Part shown: positions 39,120 to 52,912 of the stretch, piece after piece
How positions within the stretch are numbered: the stretch's first letter is position 1
Layout: each line of letters begins with the position of its first letter
Origin: Octopus vulgaris
Taxonomy: Eukaryota
DNA: 64,000 nucleotides
Direction of reading: 5' to 3'
NCBI GenBank assembly: GCA_951406725.2
Contig: OX597825.1
Coordinates: 71,176,001-71,240,000, forward strand
Program-made: the position numbers and the translations under genes
Notes under the pieces: generated by a model
The model's database searches: none
Seen by the model: the letters and a program-made list of their open reading frames with translations, nothing else
Told to the model about the DNA's origin: nothing

Positions 39120-39507
39120 GTGGTTTCAAATTTTAGTACAAGGTCTGCAAGTTCAGGATAATTACAGTTCAGTTCATTACACTGACTCCAGTGCTCAGCT
39201 GGTACTTATTTTGTCTATCCCAAAAGGATAAAAGGCAAAGTTGACCTTTGTGAGCTAATGATTCTGCCAGCTCATTGCCTTAACCAGCTTAATAATGGTT
39301 TCAAATTTTGGCACGGGGCCAGCAGTTTCAGAGGAAGGGGTAAGTTGATTACATTGATCCCAGCGCTTAACTGGTACTTATTTTATTGCCCCCACTCCCC
39401 CAAACAATGAAAGGCAAAGTTAACCCTGATGAAATTTGAACTCAGAATGTAAAGGTGGATGAAATCCCACTAAGCAATTCTATCAACAATTCTGTCAGCT
39501 TACAACC

Positions 39508-39556
<49 letters not shown>

Positions 39557-40060
39557 TTTCATTTATTTGCCACAAGGACAAAGGATGAGGCAGACAATAC
39601 AAAGACTGACATAGTGTGGGGCTTTACACATAATGAAATGATTAAAACAGCAGAAAAAGGGAAGGAAAGTATGTACACATGGTATACACTGAAAAAGAAG
39701 GGACATATGCATATTCAACTTGTACTTATTTTATTAACCCCAAAAGGATGAAAGGCAAAGTTGACCTCGGCAGAATTTGAACTCAGAACAGAAAGATGAC
39801 TGAAATGCCGCTAAGCATTTTGCCTGGTGTGCTAACAAATCTGCCAGCTCGCTGCTTTAAATATTAATAATAATAATAATAATAAAAAAAAAGATTTCAA
39901 ATTTTGGTAGAAAACCAATGATTTGGGGCGCAGGGAGATGTCGATTACATCAACCCCAGTACTCAACTGATACTTATTTTATCAATCCCGAAAGGATGAC
40001 AGGCAAAGTTGACCTTGGTGGAAATTGAACTCAGAACACAAAGATCTATAAAATGCTGCT
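39120..40060 (-). mobile_element. Cluster of about 4 diverged family B SINE copies with (AAT)n tracts
   Basis: Repeated tacttattttat...aaaggatgaaaggcaaagttgacc segments. Confidence 0.8.
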
Positions 40061-40335
40061 AAATAGAAAAGTTAGTTGGTGTTTCCACAGTACCTGAAAT
40101 TCAAAATTCTGTTTTAATTTTTCTTATAGGAAAAAAAAAAAGCAATGATAGATAAATAAATAAGATAACCATAACAGCTATGTGTATTCAAAATAGTTAT
40201 ATTGATAACAGGGAAATTAAAAACCTAGCCCTGAGGAATCAAAATAAATGGAATTTGGATAATTTAGTCTGCAGAGAAGGCAAATTGGAACTGGGGCAAA
40301 TGAAAACTGGGGCTGGTTGGGAGATAGCCTTACTT

Positions 40336-40375
<40 letters not shown>

Positions 40376-41994
40376 TTCAATAGATAAGATAGGTTCCATT
40401 TCAGTTGTATCATCTTTGAGTGTGTGTGGGGTGGTGGTGGTGAAGAATGTGGATGAAAGTAAATGAGGTGAAAACATAGCTGTGTGGTTAAGAAGCTTGC
40501 TTCTTGGTCATGTGGTCTTGAGTTCCGTCTCACTGCATGGCACCTTGGGAAAGTGTCTTCTACTATAGCTTCGAGTCAGTAAAAGCATCTTGTCAAGTGT
40601 AGTAATGATTCTGCCAGCTCTAATAATAATAATTATTATTATTGCACTCTAATAATAATAATAATAATCCTGAGATTTGGTGGGATGGGACTAGTTGATT
40701 ACACCGACCCCAATACTCAACTGATACTTAATTTGACCCCAAAAGGAAGAAAGGCAAAGTCGACCTCAGCTGAATTTGAACTCAGTATGTAAAGACATGA
40801 AATACCGGTGAGCATTTTATCCAGCATGCTAACAATTCTGCAAGCCCCACCACTTTAATAATAATAATAATAATAATATTAATAATAATACTAATAATAA
40901 TAATAATATTAATAATAATAATAATAATAATAATAATGATAAAAAAAAAAAAAAAAAAAGCTTCGCTATCATAGCACTGATGTGTCAGTTGAAAAAATGT
41001 TTGTTTTAAGGTTTGGATTCCTTGCTTTATTATATCTCTAATATAATAATTATTTCCAGTGCTACAGTCGCCAGGGCCTGTATCTCCCAACATTCTGTAT
41101 AACCAAGCTGTAAATTGGCACTAAAAGTTTGGATTAACTCACTGTCAGAAGCAGCAAATTAATGGTAAAATTGAATTAGTCTTCCATCAACTCGATGTTA
41201 TATCTAACTGCTGTAGACATAGCCTGTAGAGGTGTAATTAAAATGACTGGATTCCCTGCATTCGGAGTTTGTCTTCAATGACACACCTATGACCCAGTAG
41301 GTTATGGAACTCACTGTAACCTGTTTATCTCTACATCCCCTATTTCTTTCCTTCCATTCTTGCTTCATTCCTTATCTTTTTTCCTTCATCTTTCTATTCT
41401 TTCTTCATGCCTGCCTCTTGCCTTGCTGCTATTCTCTCCTCCTCCTTCTCCCCTACTCTCCTGCTCCACTTCAAAGAATTCTGAGACTTCCATAAAAAGT
41501 CTTCAACTGTTGTTATTCAAGATGAGATTGAAGAGTAAAGTTATCTTTATCCCACAGCTGACATTCACGCTTTACAGCAAGAAGCAGCCCCGCTTTTCTT
41601 ATATCATACCCTGACTTATTTTTTTTGGGTGTTTTTTCTTCCCCCCCCCCTTCAGAAATAGGGATTATTATTTTTTTTTTGCACCTTATGTATCTCCAAA
41701 CAAAAACACATGATAACAAGTATGTTTTGTTTTCTTTGTGTTACCGTTGTTGTTGTAGTTGTTGTTAGTGCTGGGGAGAATACCAAGGTAACGTTTGAAA
41801 TAAATATGGAAGACAAATTTAGGTGAGGTGAGTGGAAAATATTAATAGCAGAATTGACGCTAGCATGGTGGTGGGTAGGTGCATGTCTGGTGGATGTGTG
41901 TGCGGATTATTATCACATTTTAGGTCTGTTTATTCAAGCACACCTGCTCTGTTTGTTATAAGCTAAAGATGTAACTGTGTGTATATTTGCTTGC

Positions 41995-42043
<49 letters not shown>

Positions 42044-42325
42044 AATTTGTGGGAGAGAGGTGGGGTGATTTGTTTATTTCTGTTATCTTGGGGCCCCTAA
42101 GAAAAATTATTAGCAGAATCTACTTTGTTTTATTCAATTACCGTTCCAATTAATTCTTCTGCTAACCTAAGCGATCCCTGTTGAGTTTATGCAAAGGTAA
42201 GGTTTATATGTAAACAGAGAAGACACTTCTGAGCTTTCTGAAGCAACATCTGTGAAAATTCAAATAAGGTTCTGCTGTATGTGTGTGTGTACACATATTT
42301 AATTACCCAATATTTATATATATAA

Positions 42326-42840
42326 TCATTATCGTTTAACGCCCACTTTCCATGCTAGCATGGGTTGGACGATTTGACTGAGGACTGGCGAACCAGATGG
42401 CTGCACCAGGCTCCAATCTTGATCTAGCAGAGTTTCTACAGCTGGATGTCCTTCCTAACGCCAACCACTCCGAGAGTGTAGTGGGTGCTTTTGCGTGCTA
42501 CTGGCATGGGGGCCAATCAGTCAGTACTGGCAATGGTCTTGCTTGAATGTTTTTTCACGTGCCAGTAAGGCGATGCTGGTAATGATCACGCTCGAATGGC
42601 ACCTTTTATGTGCCACCGGCACGGAAGCCAGTTAGCTGCTCTAGCAACGATCAAGCTCGGATGGTGCTCTTAGCACCCTACTAGCACGGGGCTCAAGTGC
42701 CAGTAAGGCAACACTGGTAATGATCACACTCGAATGGTGCCTTTTACGTGCCACCGGCACAGAAGCCAGTTGGCCGCTCTGTCAACGATCACACTCAGAT
42801 GGTGATCTTAGCGTCCCACTAGCATGGATGCCAGTCATCG
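42326..42840 (-). mobile_element. SINE family E, long copy with ~135-bp internal duplication
   Basis: gccagtaagg...gatcac.ctcgaatgg...ccaccggcac.gaagccag occurs twice; (CAT)n end. Confidence 0.88.
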
Positions 42841-43368
42841 ACTGGGTAATTCAAATTTCCTTTATTATATGTATGTGTATGGATATATATGTATATATAT
42901 ATATATATGTGTGTGTGTGGTTAAGAAGTTTGCTTGACAACCACATGGTTTTGAATTCAGTCCTATTGCATGGCACTTTGGGCGAGTGTCTTCTTGTATA
43001 GCCCCAGGCTGATCAAAGCCTTGTAAGTAGATTTGGTAGGTAAAAGCTGAACGAAGCCTATTGTTTGTGTGGATGTATATGTGTATATATGTGTGTGTCT
43101 GTATGTGTGTGTATATATATGTGTATATACTGTATATACATCTGTTTATACACATCTATGCATAAATGTATGTGTGAGTGTGCGTGTGTAAACAGTGTCA
43201 TTCATTTCCAATATGTTGTGAAAATATGTCTGGTCTGGTAAAATATTACTTTGCTTAAAAACAGGTGAGGGTTAGTGTCAAGTAAGGCATCTGGCTTTAG
43301 AAAATCTGCCTCAATAAACTTCATTTGTCCCATGCAAGCATAGAAAAGTGGATGGTATATACATATAA

Positions 43369-43599
43369 GGTGGTGAGCTGGCAGAAACGTTAGCACGCCG
43401 GGCGAAATGCTTAGCGGTATTTCATCTGCTGTTACATTGTGAGTTCAAATTCCGCCGAGGTCGACTTTGCCTTTCATCCTTTCGGGGTCGATTAAATAAG
43501 TACCAGTTACACACTGGGGTTGATATAATCGCCTTAATCCGTTTATCTGTCCTTGTGTGTCCCCTCTGTGTTTAGCCCCTTGTGGGTAGTAAAGAAATA
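43369..43599 (+). mobile_element. SINE family B monomer with 14-bp TSD
   Basis: TSD ggtatatacatata at 43354-43367 and 43600-43613. Confidence 0.92.
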
Positions 43600-43654
43600 G
43601 GTATATACATATATGTAAAGTAATTCAAAATTCCACTAGTATATATGTGTATTT

Positions 43655-43693
<39 letters not shown>

Positions 43694-43829
43694 GACATAC
43701 ACTCATTTTTGGGCACTCAATATCAAGGTCATGGATTTGATTCCTGGACTGCATGGTGCATTGTGTTCTTGAGCAAGACACTTCACTTCATGTTGCTCCA
43801 CTCAACCGTAATGAGTACTGGCTATGTGC

Positions 43830-44280
43830 TGACATAGTCATCTCTTCCTCCAACTGTCATATACTAGATGTTTCTTTGGGGTCAGGAGTTGGAGGACCAT
43901 GAGGGAGTCTATATTCCCTCTTAACTGCACATGTTCATTTGTTGCAGTAATGATGACCATCTGGTCATCCTTAGTAATGACCGATGACTTGTGCAGGGAC
44001 TTTATTCAAAGTGAAGAAGAGTTGCTCATTGTGAACCTCACTCTCTCTAATCTGGGGCCATCTTCAATCCAGTGACAAGACCAGGTCAAGACAACTGGGG
44101 GTGGAGATGAATGCAGTGGTTGACCAAGATGTCTTTTACCTCATCTTTCTCTCTGCACCCCACGATGTTCCTGCAACCACTTTCCCCTCCATTAGACCAG
44201 GAAGGTTTCTTCTGAAGAGGCCACCAAATCCTGACTTTACATGCATAGCCAGGAAGCCAAACTACCTATAGCTGGGACCT
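43830..44280 (-). mobile_element. Possible decayed RTE-clade LINE 5' region
   Basis: GC-richer non-SINE block whose motifs recall reverse-oriented RTE 5' UTRs; no ORF recovered. Recognition from memory only. Confidence 0.3.
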
Positions 44281-44505
44281 TAACAGGTGCTACTACTCTA
44301 GGTTACAGTAGATCTGGGATCAGCTGGCTAAGAAGTAATTCCACTCAACTCAAAATCCTAGAATTCCCTATTGACTTCGGTATTTGATCGGTATTTTATC
44401 ACCTCCAGAGGGATGAAAGGATAAGTTGACCTTGTCTTGGTTTGAATTCAGAATGTAAATAAATATCCAGAAGAAATTCCACTGAGCTAACCATGGGTCA
44501 TACGA

Positions 44506-44764
44506 GTGGAGGCACGTGACTTAGTGGTTAGGGTGTCAGCACCATGATTGTAAGATTGTGGTTTCGATTCCTGGACCGGGCGACGCATCGTGTTCTTGAG
44601 CAAAACACTTCATTTCACGTTGCTCCAGTCCACTCAGCTGGCAAAAGTGAGTAACGCTGCGATGGACTGGCGTCCCGTCCAGCTGGGGGACACATATGCC
44701 ATAGAAACCGGGAAACCGGGCCCATGAGTCTGGCTATGCTTTAAAAGGGTGCATTTATTTTTTT
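44506..44764 (+). mobile_element. SINE family C, full length
   Basis: Homologous to 3611-3870; CORE-like ttcttgagcaaaacacttcatttcac. Confidence 0.9.
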
Positions 44765-45943
44765 ACTAATAATGTTAGTCATAGTAGTAGTACAAGTGGA
44801 AGAAATGATCATATTAAAAATAATAAAGTACTGTTAAAATGCTAGGGTTCATGTAATAGAATATATATTTCTATTAACAATCGGTCTTGTGTGTGGGCAA
44901 AAGAAGATAAATGTTGCCTTTAAGTCTTGTATTTTATTTTACTATTGGTCTCTGTTCTGTTTGTTTTTCTTTTTCCGTCACATGTCAATGTTAAGACCTT
45001 ACTTTGTTTTTATTTACGCATATACAATAAAAAAAAATGTAGCACTAAATATATAGGACAAATAAAGAAGTACTGTTGGCCCATTGTTAATCATTTTACA
45101 ACTTTATTATTATATAAGCACTAATCCTTTAGTTTTGGGTCAAGGCCATAGAGGGCATGTGTGTGTGTATATATATATATACACTCCTTGTTTGAATCAA
45201 TGTCAATGCAGAGTTGGTGTTTATTTTTAGTGATGATGATGAATCCTAACAAAGGTCATTCAACTGATTGCTCTTTTATTGGTTTTAGTCTTTGGATAAA
45301 CTGAAGCCAAGCTGGAGCATTGCCTTGAAGGGTTTAGTCGACCAAATTGACTCTAGTACTAATTTTGTGCTTAATCTATTGGAATTTTGCTAAACTGCTA
45401 AGATGACAGATAACCAACCAACCAACCAACTATTGTTTGTTGAGTGGTGCCCATGTGAAGACAAGATATAGGGAGAGACCAATATTAATATACAAAAAAC
45501 CTACCTATCTACTTAGTGAAGGTCCATGGCTCAGTGGTTAGAGCGTTGGGCTCACAATCATGAGGTAGCGAGTTCAATTCCCAGACCGGACTTCATTTCA
45601 TATTGCTCCAGTTGTGATGTCACTGGTGTCAAGCTGTATTGGCTTTTGCCTTTCTTTGGATAACATCTGTGCAGTGGAGAGGTGAGGCTGGTATGCACGG
45701 GTGACTGCTGGTCTTCCATAAACAACCTTGTCTGGACTTGTGCCTTGGAGAGGAGCTTTCTAGATGCAATTCCTTGGTCATTCATGACCGAAGGGGCTCG
45801 TTATCTACCCACCTACATATTATACTCACATACATATACATACATATATACGCTTACATACATATATACACAAACATGCACATATACACATATAAGTACA
45901 ACAAAAAGATTTGACTGTGACTTCAGTTTTGATGTTATCAACT

Positions 45944-45993
45944 TTGTCAGACTGATGAAGCCAATGACGGTGAAACTTTGAAGTCACTGTCAA
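45944..45993 (+). ncRNA. Type I minimal hammerhead motif with an upstream inverted partial copy (45901-45930)
   Basis: ttgtcaga-CTGATGA-a-gcc(aatgac)ggt-GAAA-CTT(tg)AAG-TC-actgtcaa: intact core, GUC triplet, near-palindromic stem III, stem I 6/8 paired. Confidence 0.62.
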
Positions 45994-46539
45994 CCTTTAC
46001 CGTCAAAAAAATGTCACTCTCCACTTAAATGTATTGTATGATCCTTCTGGTAGTGTTTTACTGTTTTATTTTTATAATAGCTATACATAAAAGCAAACAT
46101 TAATATGTATATATATATATGTGTGTGTGTGTGGGTATTCGTTTTTTGAGTTAGAGGCATGCAGTCTAAAAGCATTTAACAATGCATATTAAGTAAATAT
46201 TATTGCTTGTTTTTATGTCAAGTTATAATAAAAACAATTTAACATTAAACTGAAAGATTACTCACCACTTCTTAGTTGAGTACTTGTTTATCAAAATTTT
46301 AGAAGAATTGTGACAGTAACTTTGAACTTTTGACCTGCTAGCATTCATTGGCTGGACATATATTTGTATGTACATGAATCGGTCAGCTGTTCATAAGTCA
46401 GAAAAAGATTCTCTCTGAGAGAGAATTTGAGTGGTTTATACTGTTATATTGTTGATTAGTATTTGGCATAACCAGAACACATCTGAAGAGTCATTAAGTA
46501 TTGCCTGGTGCAATAACAGGTTGGAAACCAATGGTAACC

Positions 46540-46913
46540 AATGTTTGTGTCTGTGTTTGTCCTCCAATGTTGGTGTGTTTATGTCCCCATAACTTAGCAG
46601 TTTGGCAAAAGGGACTGATAGAGGGAAGACATGCACCCTACACCAGAGCTGAAGACACCTCCGAAAAGAAGGGGCCCTGCCACGTCAAAATGGTAGAGAA
46701 GTAGGGGCTGAAACCGGACGTGGTTCCTCCTGATGATGTCTTGAGCTAACTGACTCCTATAAAGAAGCTGTTGTGGTAGCAGACCACGAAACACGGTTGA
46801 AATTCCTCAGTACTAGTCTTACAAAGAAAGTCCTGGGGTTGATTTGTTCGACTAAAGGTGGTGCTCCAGCATGGCGGCAGTGAAATGACTGAAACAAGTA
46901 AAAGAATAAAAGA
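46540..46913 (+). mobile_element. SINE family A 3' half interrupted by a ~186-bp foreign insert (46623-46808)
   Basis: SINE sequence ...gggactgataga | agtactag... is split by a GC-richer insert containing CTGATGA...GAAAC. Confidence 0.75.
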
Positions 46914-47155
46914 ATTAGTGCATGAGCTATTGTTTTAATGTCTAGAATAAGTAATACTTTGTTTCATTGAAATACAGGTGTATATTCAAGAAAGAAATTA
47001 AGTAAAAGAAGGTTAAACAATATTGAAATTTAAAAAAAAACATTTCATGAATCAAAATACATTTTAGTTTTTAACATTTTTCTGTGTACAACAATCCAGA
47101 ATCCACAAACAGGAAATTTTGACAATGCGAATTTTTTGTTTCCACAATTAGGATA

Positions 47156-47440
47156 GTGGAGGTACATGGCCTAATGGTTAGAGCAGCGGACTTGTGGTTG
47201 AGGGATCGCAGGTTCGCATCTCAGACCAGCCGATGTGTGTGTTTATGAGTGAAACACCTAAGCTCCATGTGGCTCCAGCAGAAGGTAATGGCGAACTTCT
47301 ACTGACTCTTTTGCCACAACTTTCTCTCACTCTTTCCTCCTGCAAAGGACTGGCGTACCGTCCAGGTGGGGAACCTATACGCCAAGAAAACCGGGAAACC
47401 GGCCTTTATGAGCCAGGCATGGCTCGAGAAGGAACAAACA
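47156..47440 (+). mobile_element. SINE family D copy with TSD
   Basis: TSD aattaggat (47146-47154 and 47442-47450); homologous to 4049-4360. Confidence 0.9.
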
Positions 47441-48846
47441 TAATTAGGATGCCTGTAAGATCCTCTTGATATAGTTAAATTGACTTTGACTGACAAAATC
47501 CTTTGTCTGATGCATTGACAACTCTACTAAAAGCAATATACAATATATATGATGGAAATATGTTTGTAGTGTTGTAAAGGAAAGTAATTTACTAAAATTG
47601 AACTGAAAAAAAAGAATATGTATTCTTAAGTTTTCTTAAGAAAAATTTAAAGAACAGAGGTTCATCATTTTCTTTCCATTTCAAAATGGACTTCATTTAA
47701 AAGAACTCTCTCTCTCTCTCTTTCACACGCACAGAGGGTGGGGGTTTATTATGTGAGAGATCAAGATAAAAACAGTGGTAGAATGCTGCCACTACTTTGC
47801 TTGCTTGGCTTTGTGAAATTGCGTGTTCTTCATTCATGACTAACTGTTCAATAATAAAATGAAGTTTAAAATGGCTTTAAGAAAATAACCATTTAACTAC
47901 TTTCTGAAATGATTAAATGGAACTGAAGTGGACAGTGCTTTTGAGCTGTCTTGGTTATTTGTGAAAAATCGAGGTAGAAACATCGATAGATCGGTAGACA
48001 GATACGTGGTGTTTCTTTATTGTGAAGAAAGTCACATAAAAATTTAATAGTGGAAAATTTTCTTAAGAGAAATTTAAAGTTGGCAATTCATAATTTTCTT
48101 TCCATTTTCTACTAAACAAACTTCTTGTGATTTTTTTTTTCCTTCAAATTTTGAAAGTGGTATCTTAGTTTCTTTAATGACCTTGTTGAGAAATGTGTGT
48201 TTGTGCGTAGATACATACAGAGGGATAGAGTGAGGGGGTTGCAAAACAAATTGGAAGTTATGTATGGACTGACTTCACAAAAATTACAATAATGATTGTA
48301 GCAATTTATTTCAAATGAAATAAGAATGATGATGATGATGATATATATGTACAAGTAAAAGCTCTGGCTGTAAAAAACTAAAATGCTTTCTTTTTTTTAT
48401 GTGCCAGACACCAAACCAGTTAACAAGTTGTCTCAAGAATTCCACCATCTTCAGCAACAATTCATCTTTTTTGAAGTTGCATTTGCAACTCATTCAGTTC
48501 TGGTGTGAATGTATATGGGGACACACACACAATGGTCTTCTTTCAGTTTCATGGGATTTTGGTCAGCCCAGTGTTGTAGTAGAAGATACACTCTTTTTGG
48601 CTCAGTCCTACTGTGCAGTACCTGCAACATGTAACTGGAAAGTGGACTTCTTAAGAACATAGTCATGACTTTACTTATATGTATGTGTGTATGTATGTAT
48701 ATGTGACTCTGTGTGTGTGTGTGTATATATATAAAATGTATGTATGTAGACACAGAAGTCTGGTGCAGTCTCCTAGCCAGTTCCTGTCAAACCATCCAAC
48801 CTAAGACAGCATGGAAGGTGAACGTTAAGCAATGACAATGATGTAT

Positions 48847-48887
<41 letters not shown>

Positions 48888-50158
48888 TATGTGTATTTAT
48901 ATATATGTATGTGTGTGTGTGGTTGGCATTAGGAAGGGCATCCAGCTGTAGAAACCCTGCCAGATCAGATTGGTGCAGCCATCTGGTTCGCCAGACCTCA
49001 GTCAAATCGTCCAACCCATGCTAGCATGGAAAGCGGATGTTAAATGATGATGATGATGATGATATATTTGCATGAGGATGCAGAGGGGCTGGCACAGGAT
49101 CACCAGCAATGGAAAGCACTTGTGGACCTAGTCAGCTCTATTCATGATGATGTCTCTGGAACCACTACCTTGGGATGACCCCAACCTCATCAAGAAAGCA
49201 TGAAAAAGCAAGCAAGCAAGCAAGTGTGTGTGTGTGTGTGTGTGTTTGTAATTTTTCTTAATTCACCCACTTAGTCAGGAAATAAGAAACAGATGTGTGA
49301 ATATGCTTGTAACTTTTATACATTAGAACTTATGTACGTGCACATGTTCATTCTTTGACACAACATGCGAGTGTGTATGTGTCTGTTTTACAGAAAAGAA
49401 TTTAATGAAGATTGGTTAGGTTAATATTTGACTGAGTGAAGGAGAAAAATGAAATATACTTGAATTGGTGGTGGTGGTGGTGGTGGCAGTGATAATAATT
49501 GTGTAACATTTGAAGTTGTCAATAATGTAAAATGAAGATAAATCCTTGGAATAATATCGATTCCCTTCAGGTTGGTTAGCTGAAGAAGCAGTAGTGTCAA
49601 ATTAAATAAATTTCTAAGAGCATTTAATCTCAACTGTCTTCATTCTACCTGGGGCTGGTATTGATTTCTTTTGGTCCGGCCCAGAGCTAATGTTCATTAG
49701 GTTATAAACTACACACAATCTCATCATCTCTGAATTTGAAATATGTGTCTGCGATATTCTGAATGATTAGGTCAACTCGCTTAACAATGTATGAGGCTAC
49801 TTTCTGTCTGAAAGGTTGCACTTATTTGAATTTATCCTAGTAAAATAAGTGCTGGTGCTGTCTTTTGTTGACCTGCGTTTGTGGTCATCAACTTCATAAT
49901 TTTGACGTTCACTTTTAAATGCTTGCATGGGTTAAATGAAGGTTACAGTGGCAGATTTTCTATGGCTGGGTGTTCTTCCTGTTGCTAACCCATACCTGTT
50001 TCCAAGTAATGTAATGTTTCCCCATGGCTAGATATGTTTTTTGCAGAATACTGGAAATGAATGATCTTCATTTACAAGAATTATACAATGCCAAGATAAA
50101 GAAACTGAAGCATATACACTCACACAGACATATCTACACACATATTTGTATATGTGTA

Positions 50159-50381
50159 TATGAAGAGGGGCTGTAAAGTTCATGGCTTTAAGGGTATCGT
50201 GAAAGGCCTTGTTAGAGGCCCAACCTTCTGAGCCCTTTTACAGAGCTTAGAAAAACTGAAGGTCTACTGCAATAAGTGTGTGAATCTGAAAAGGGGAATA
50301 TGTTGAATAAGATCATAATCAATTGATCCTTCTGTATTCTCTTTCACCCCAAACCAGGATCTTTTCAGGAAAACCTTTGTA
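50159..50381 (+). mobile_element. Non-autonomous mariner-derived element
   Basis: TA ends, TIR-like ggggctgtaaagttcatgg / ccaggatcttttcagg; internal relic ...CNKCVNL..EYVE* resembles the mariner transposase C-terminus. Confidence 0.68.
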
Positions 50382-52612
50382 TAAGAGTTTGATTTGGCCC
50401 AGTGCAGCTTAAAGTTTCATAGGCATGTCATAGGAACATAACATAGAGTTGAATTAAGCTGTTTTAAATAATGATATATGTTACAACTACTAAATGTGTT
50501 GAGTGCCTCTTTCTTTTGTTTGTTTACTCAGTCGTATGTATAAATATATATATATGTATCATTATCATCATCCTTTAATGCCTGTTTTCCATGCTGCCAT
50601 AGTTTGAACAGCCTGACCAGAGCTGGTAAACAGGAGAGCTGCACCAGGTTCCAATCTGATTTGGTTTGGTTTCTATGGTTGGATGCCATTCCTATTGCCA
50701 TTGGGGGTCTGAATGAAAGTTTGATTGAAGAGAAGTCAATGTTTATTACTGGATGTAAGCCTGCGATTGGTCAAGAAAGGTCATGTGGTATAGCAGTTTG
50801 ATGTTGGTGTTGGCCAAAGACTAACCACATGCTTGAAACTCAGAGTACCAAGGAGCTTAAATCAAACAGTTTTGATCCACACATGTAACTCCCAATAAAT
50901 GTGTGTTGAGTACCCTTCTCTCGTTTGTCTACTCACTTGTGTGTGTAGACATATATATATACTAAATTGCTGTCGTGGCAGATACCAATGTCACGCAAAT
51001 GGCACCTGTGTTGGTGGCCCGTAAAAGCACCCATTTCACTCTTGGAGTGGTTGGCGTTAGGAAGGGCATCCAGCCATAGAAAACCATGCCAAATCAGACT
51101 GGAGTCTGGTATGGCTTTCCAGCATGCCAGTCCAGTCAAACCGTCCAACCCATGCCAGCATGGACAATAGATGTTAAATGATGATGATGATGATGATACC
51201 CTCCCCCCACACACACACACATCTGATGGGTTTCTTTAGTTTCTGTCTACCAAATCTACTCATTAGTCTTTGGTCAGTACATGGGCTGTGGTAGAAGACA
51301 CTTGCCCACAGTGATGTGCTGTATGACTAAACTTGAAAGCATGCAATCGACTTGTGCCCCCTTCTCAAAAATTACTGGCCTTTGGAGCCTACAGCAGACT
51401 GGTGGCCTGTTTGAGGGAAATGTGATCTCAGTCACTTTTTCACCATGGAAACTTGGTAACTAGCCTTCTGAGTCCTAGGACTTAAGAATAAAAAAAATAA
51501 ATGTCACTAAAATTACAGCGATAGATACTTTGCAGTCTTGTTTCAAGTCTCTTCTAAAAACCCTAAGGCCTTGTGCAGACAGAGAAAAATCAGTATGTAT
51601 TAATAAACGAATATATCTACGTACATGCCTCACCTCAACAAACCCCTCTCTCTCTCTTTCTCTCCCCTCTGTCACACTTTATCTGCCGTCAATCAATAAC
51701 CTTTACATTACAATATCTCCTGTTATAAATATAAGCCAGCCTATCTTCTTAAGCACTTAGAATATAGAGAATCGATTGTCAGCGCTACAACTGGAAAAGC
51801 TGTGTTCTGAACTTGTGTTATTGAATGTACTGAGAATAACAATTTCTTCCAACATGGCACAATACTTTTTTTAATAATTTTTATTTTTTATGTTTGTTGT
51901 TATTCTGTGTTTTTTTTCCTCCTTTTAAAAATGAGTTAATATAATCAATTCATTTGATTATATCTGTTAATACGGAGCTTACTGCTATTCTATGGTTCTT
52001 GCTAGGACAATGTAAATAACAACAATATGGATGATAATGAATTCTTTTGACCGACGACAAGGACCTGTTCCGCACAGGGGAGTGGATGGTTGATTTATCG
52101 ATCCATTGATTGATTGATTGAGTGATTTGGCTCCAGCTACATAATCCTAGTGTTTACTTTAATGATTGCTAAAAGCAGAGTTAAAGTAAAATTCTCTAGG
52201 GAAGCACCTCTATCATTTCTGTTAACTCGCTTTGACAATTGATTATAATTTGGAGAGGACAGGTTGGTACCTATATGTCGATCAACATGAACATTTCATG
52301 TAGGAGCGCATATTTGAGGAGTGGAGCAGGAGTGGAGCAGATTGCCATTTCTTGGCTAAATGTTGGTCTTGTGTTTAGTTGTGTGGCCTTCACATTGTTT
52401 TCGTACATCAGCTTTAAGTGCTCTCATTCATTTGTGGTGGATCACGTTTGGGAATATGCTAGATGAGGTGAGTGCATGGGTGGTGAGAGGCATGCTTTTG
52501 GTTGTTTAAGTTTGAGATTTTTAAAACGGAGATCTACACAGATTTGTAATGGAGAGGCATGGTTGTATAGGTTAAGAAGCCAACCACATGGTTCCAGGTT
52601 CGGTCTCACTGT

Positions 52613-52695
52613 GCCGAACCGCTAAGTTATGGAGATGTAAACACACCAGCATCGGTTGTTAAGCGATGTTGGTGGAGACAAACACAGACACACTA

Positions 52696-52736
<41 letters not shown>

Positions 52737-52912
52737 TATACATATATACGACGGGCTTCTTTCAGTTTCCGTCTACCAAATCCACTCACAAGGATTTGGT
52801 CAGCCTGAGGCTATAGTAGAAGACACTTGCCCAAGGTGCCACACAGTGGGACTGAACCCGGAACCATGTGGTTGGTAAGCAAGCTACTTACCACACAGCC
52901 ACTCCTACGCCT
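52613..52912 (-). mobile_element. SINE family A copy fused to an inverted head fragment (52555-52612)
   Basis: Plus-strand head ccaaccacatggttccaggttc abuts a minus-strand copy; a 29-bp head duplication follows at 52913-52942. Confidence 0.8.

Noticed and set aside
46475-46545. CTGAAGA...GAAACCAATGGTA hammerhead-like match
   Set aside because: Helix III looks plausible, but neither stem I nor the base of stem II pairs.
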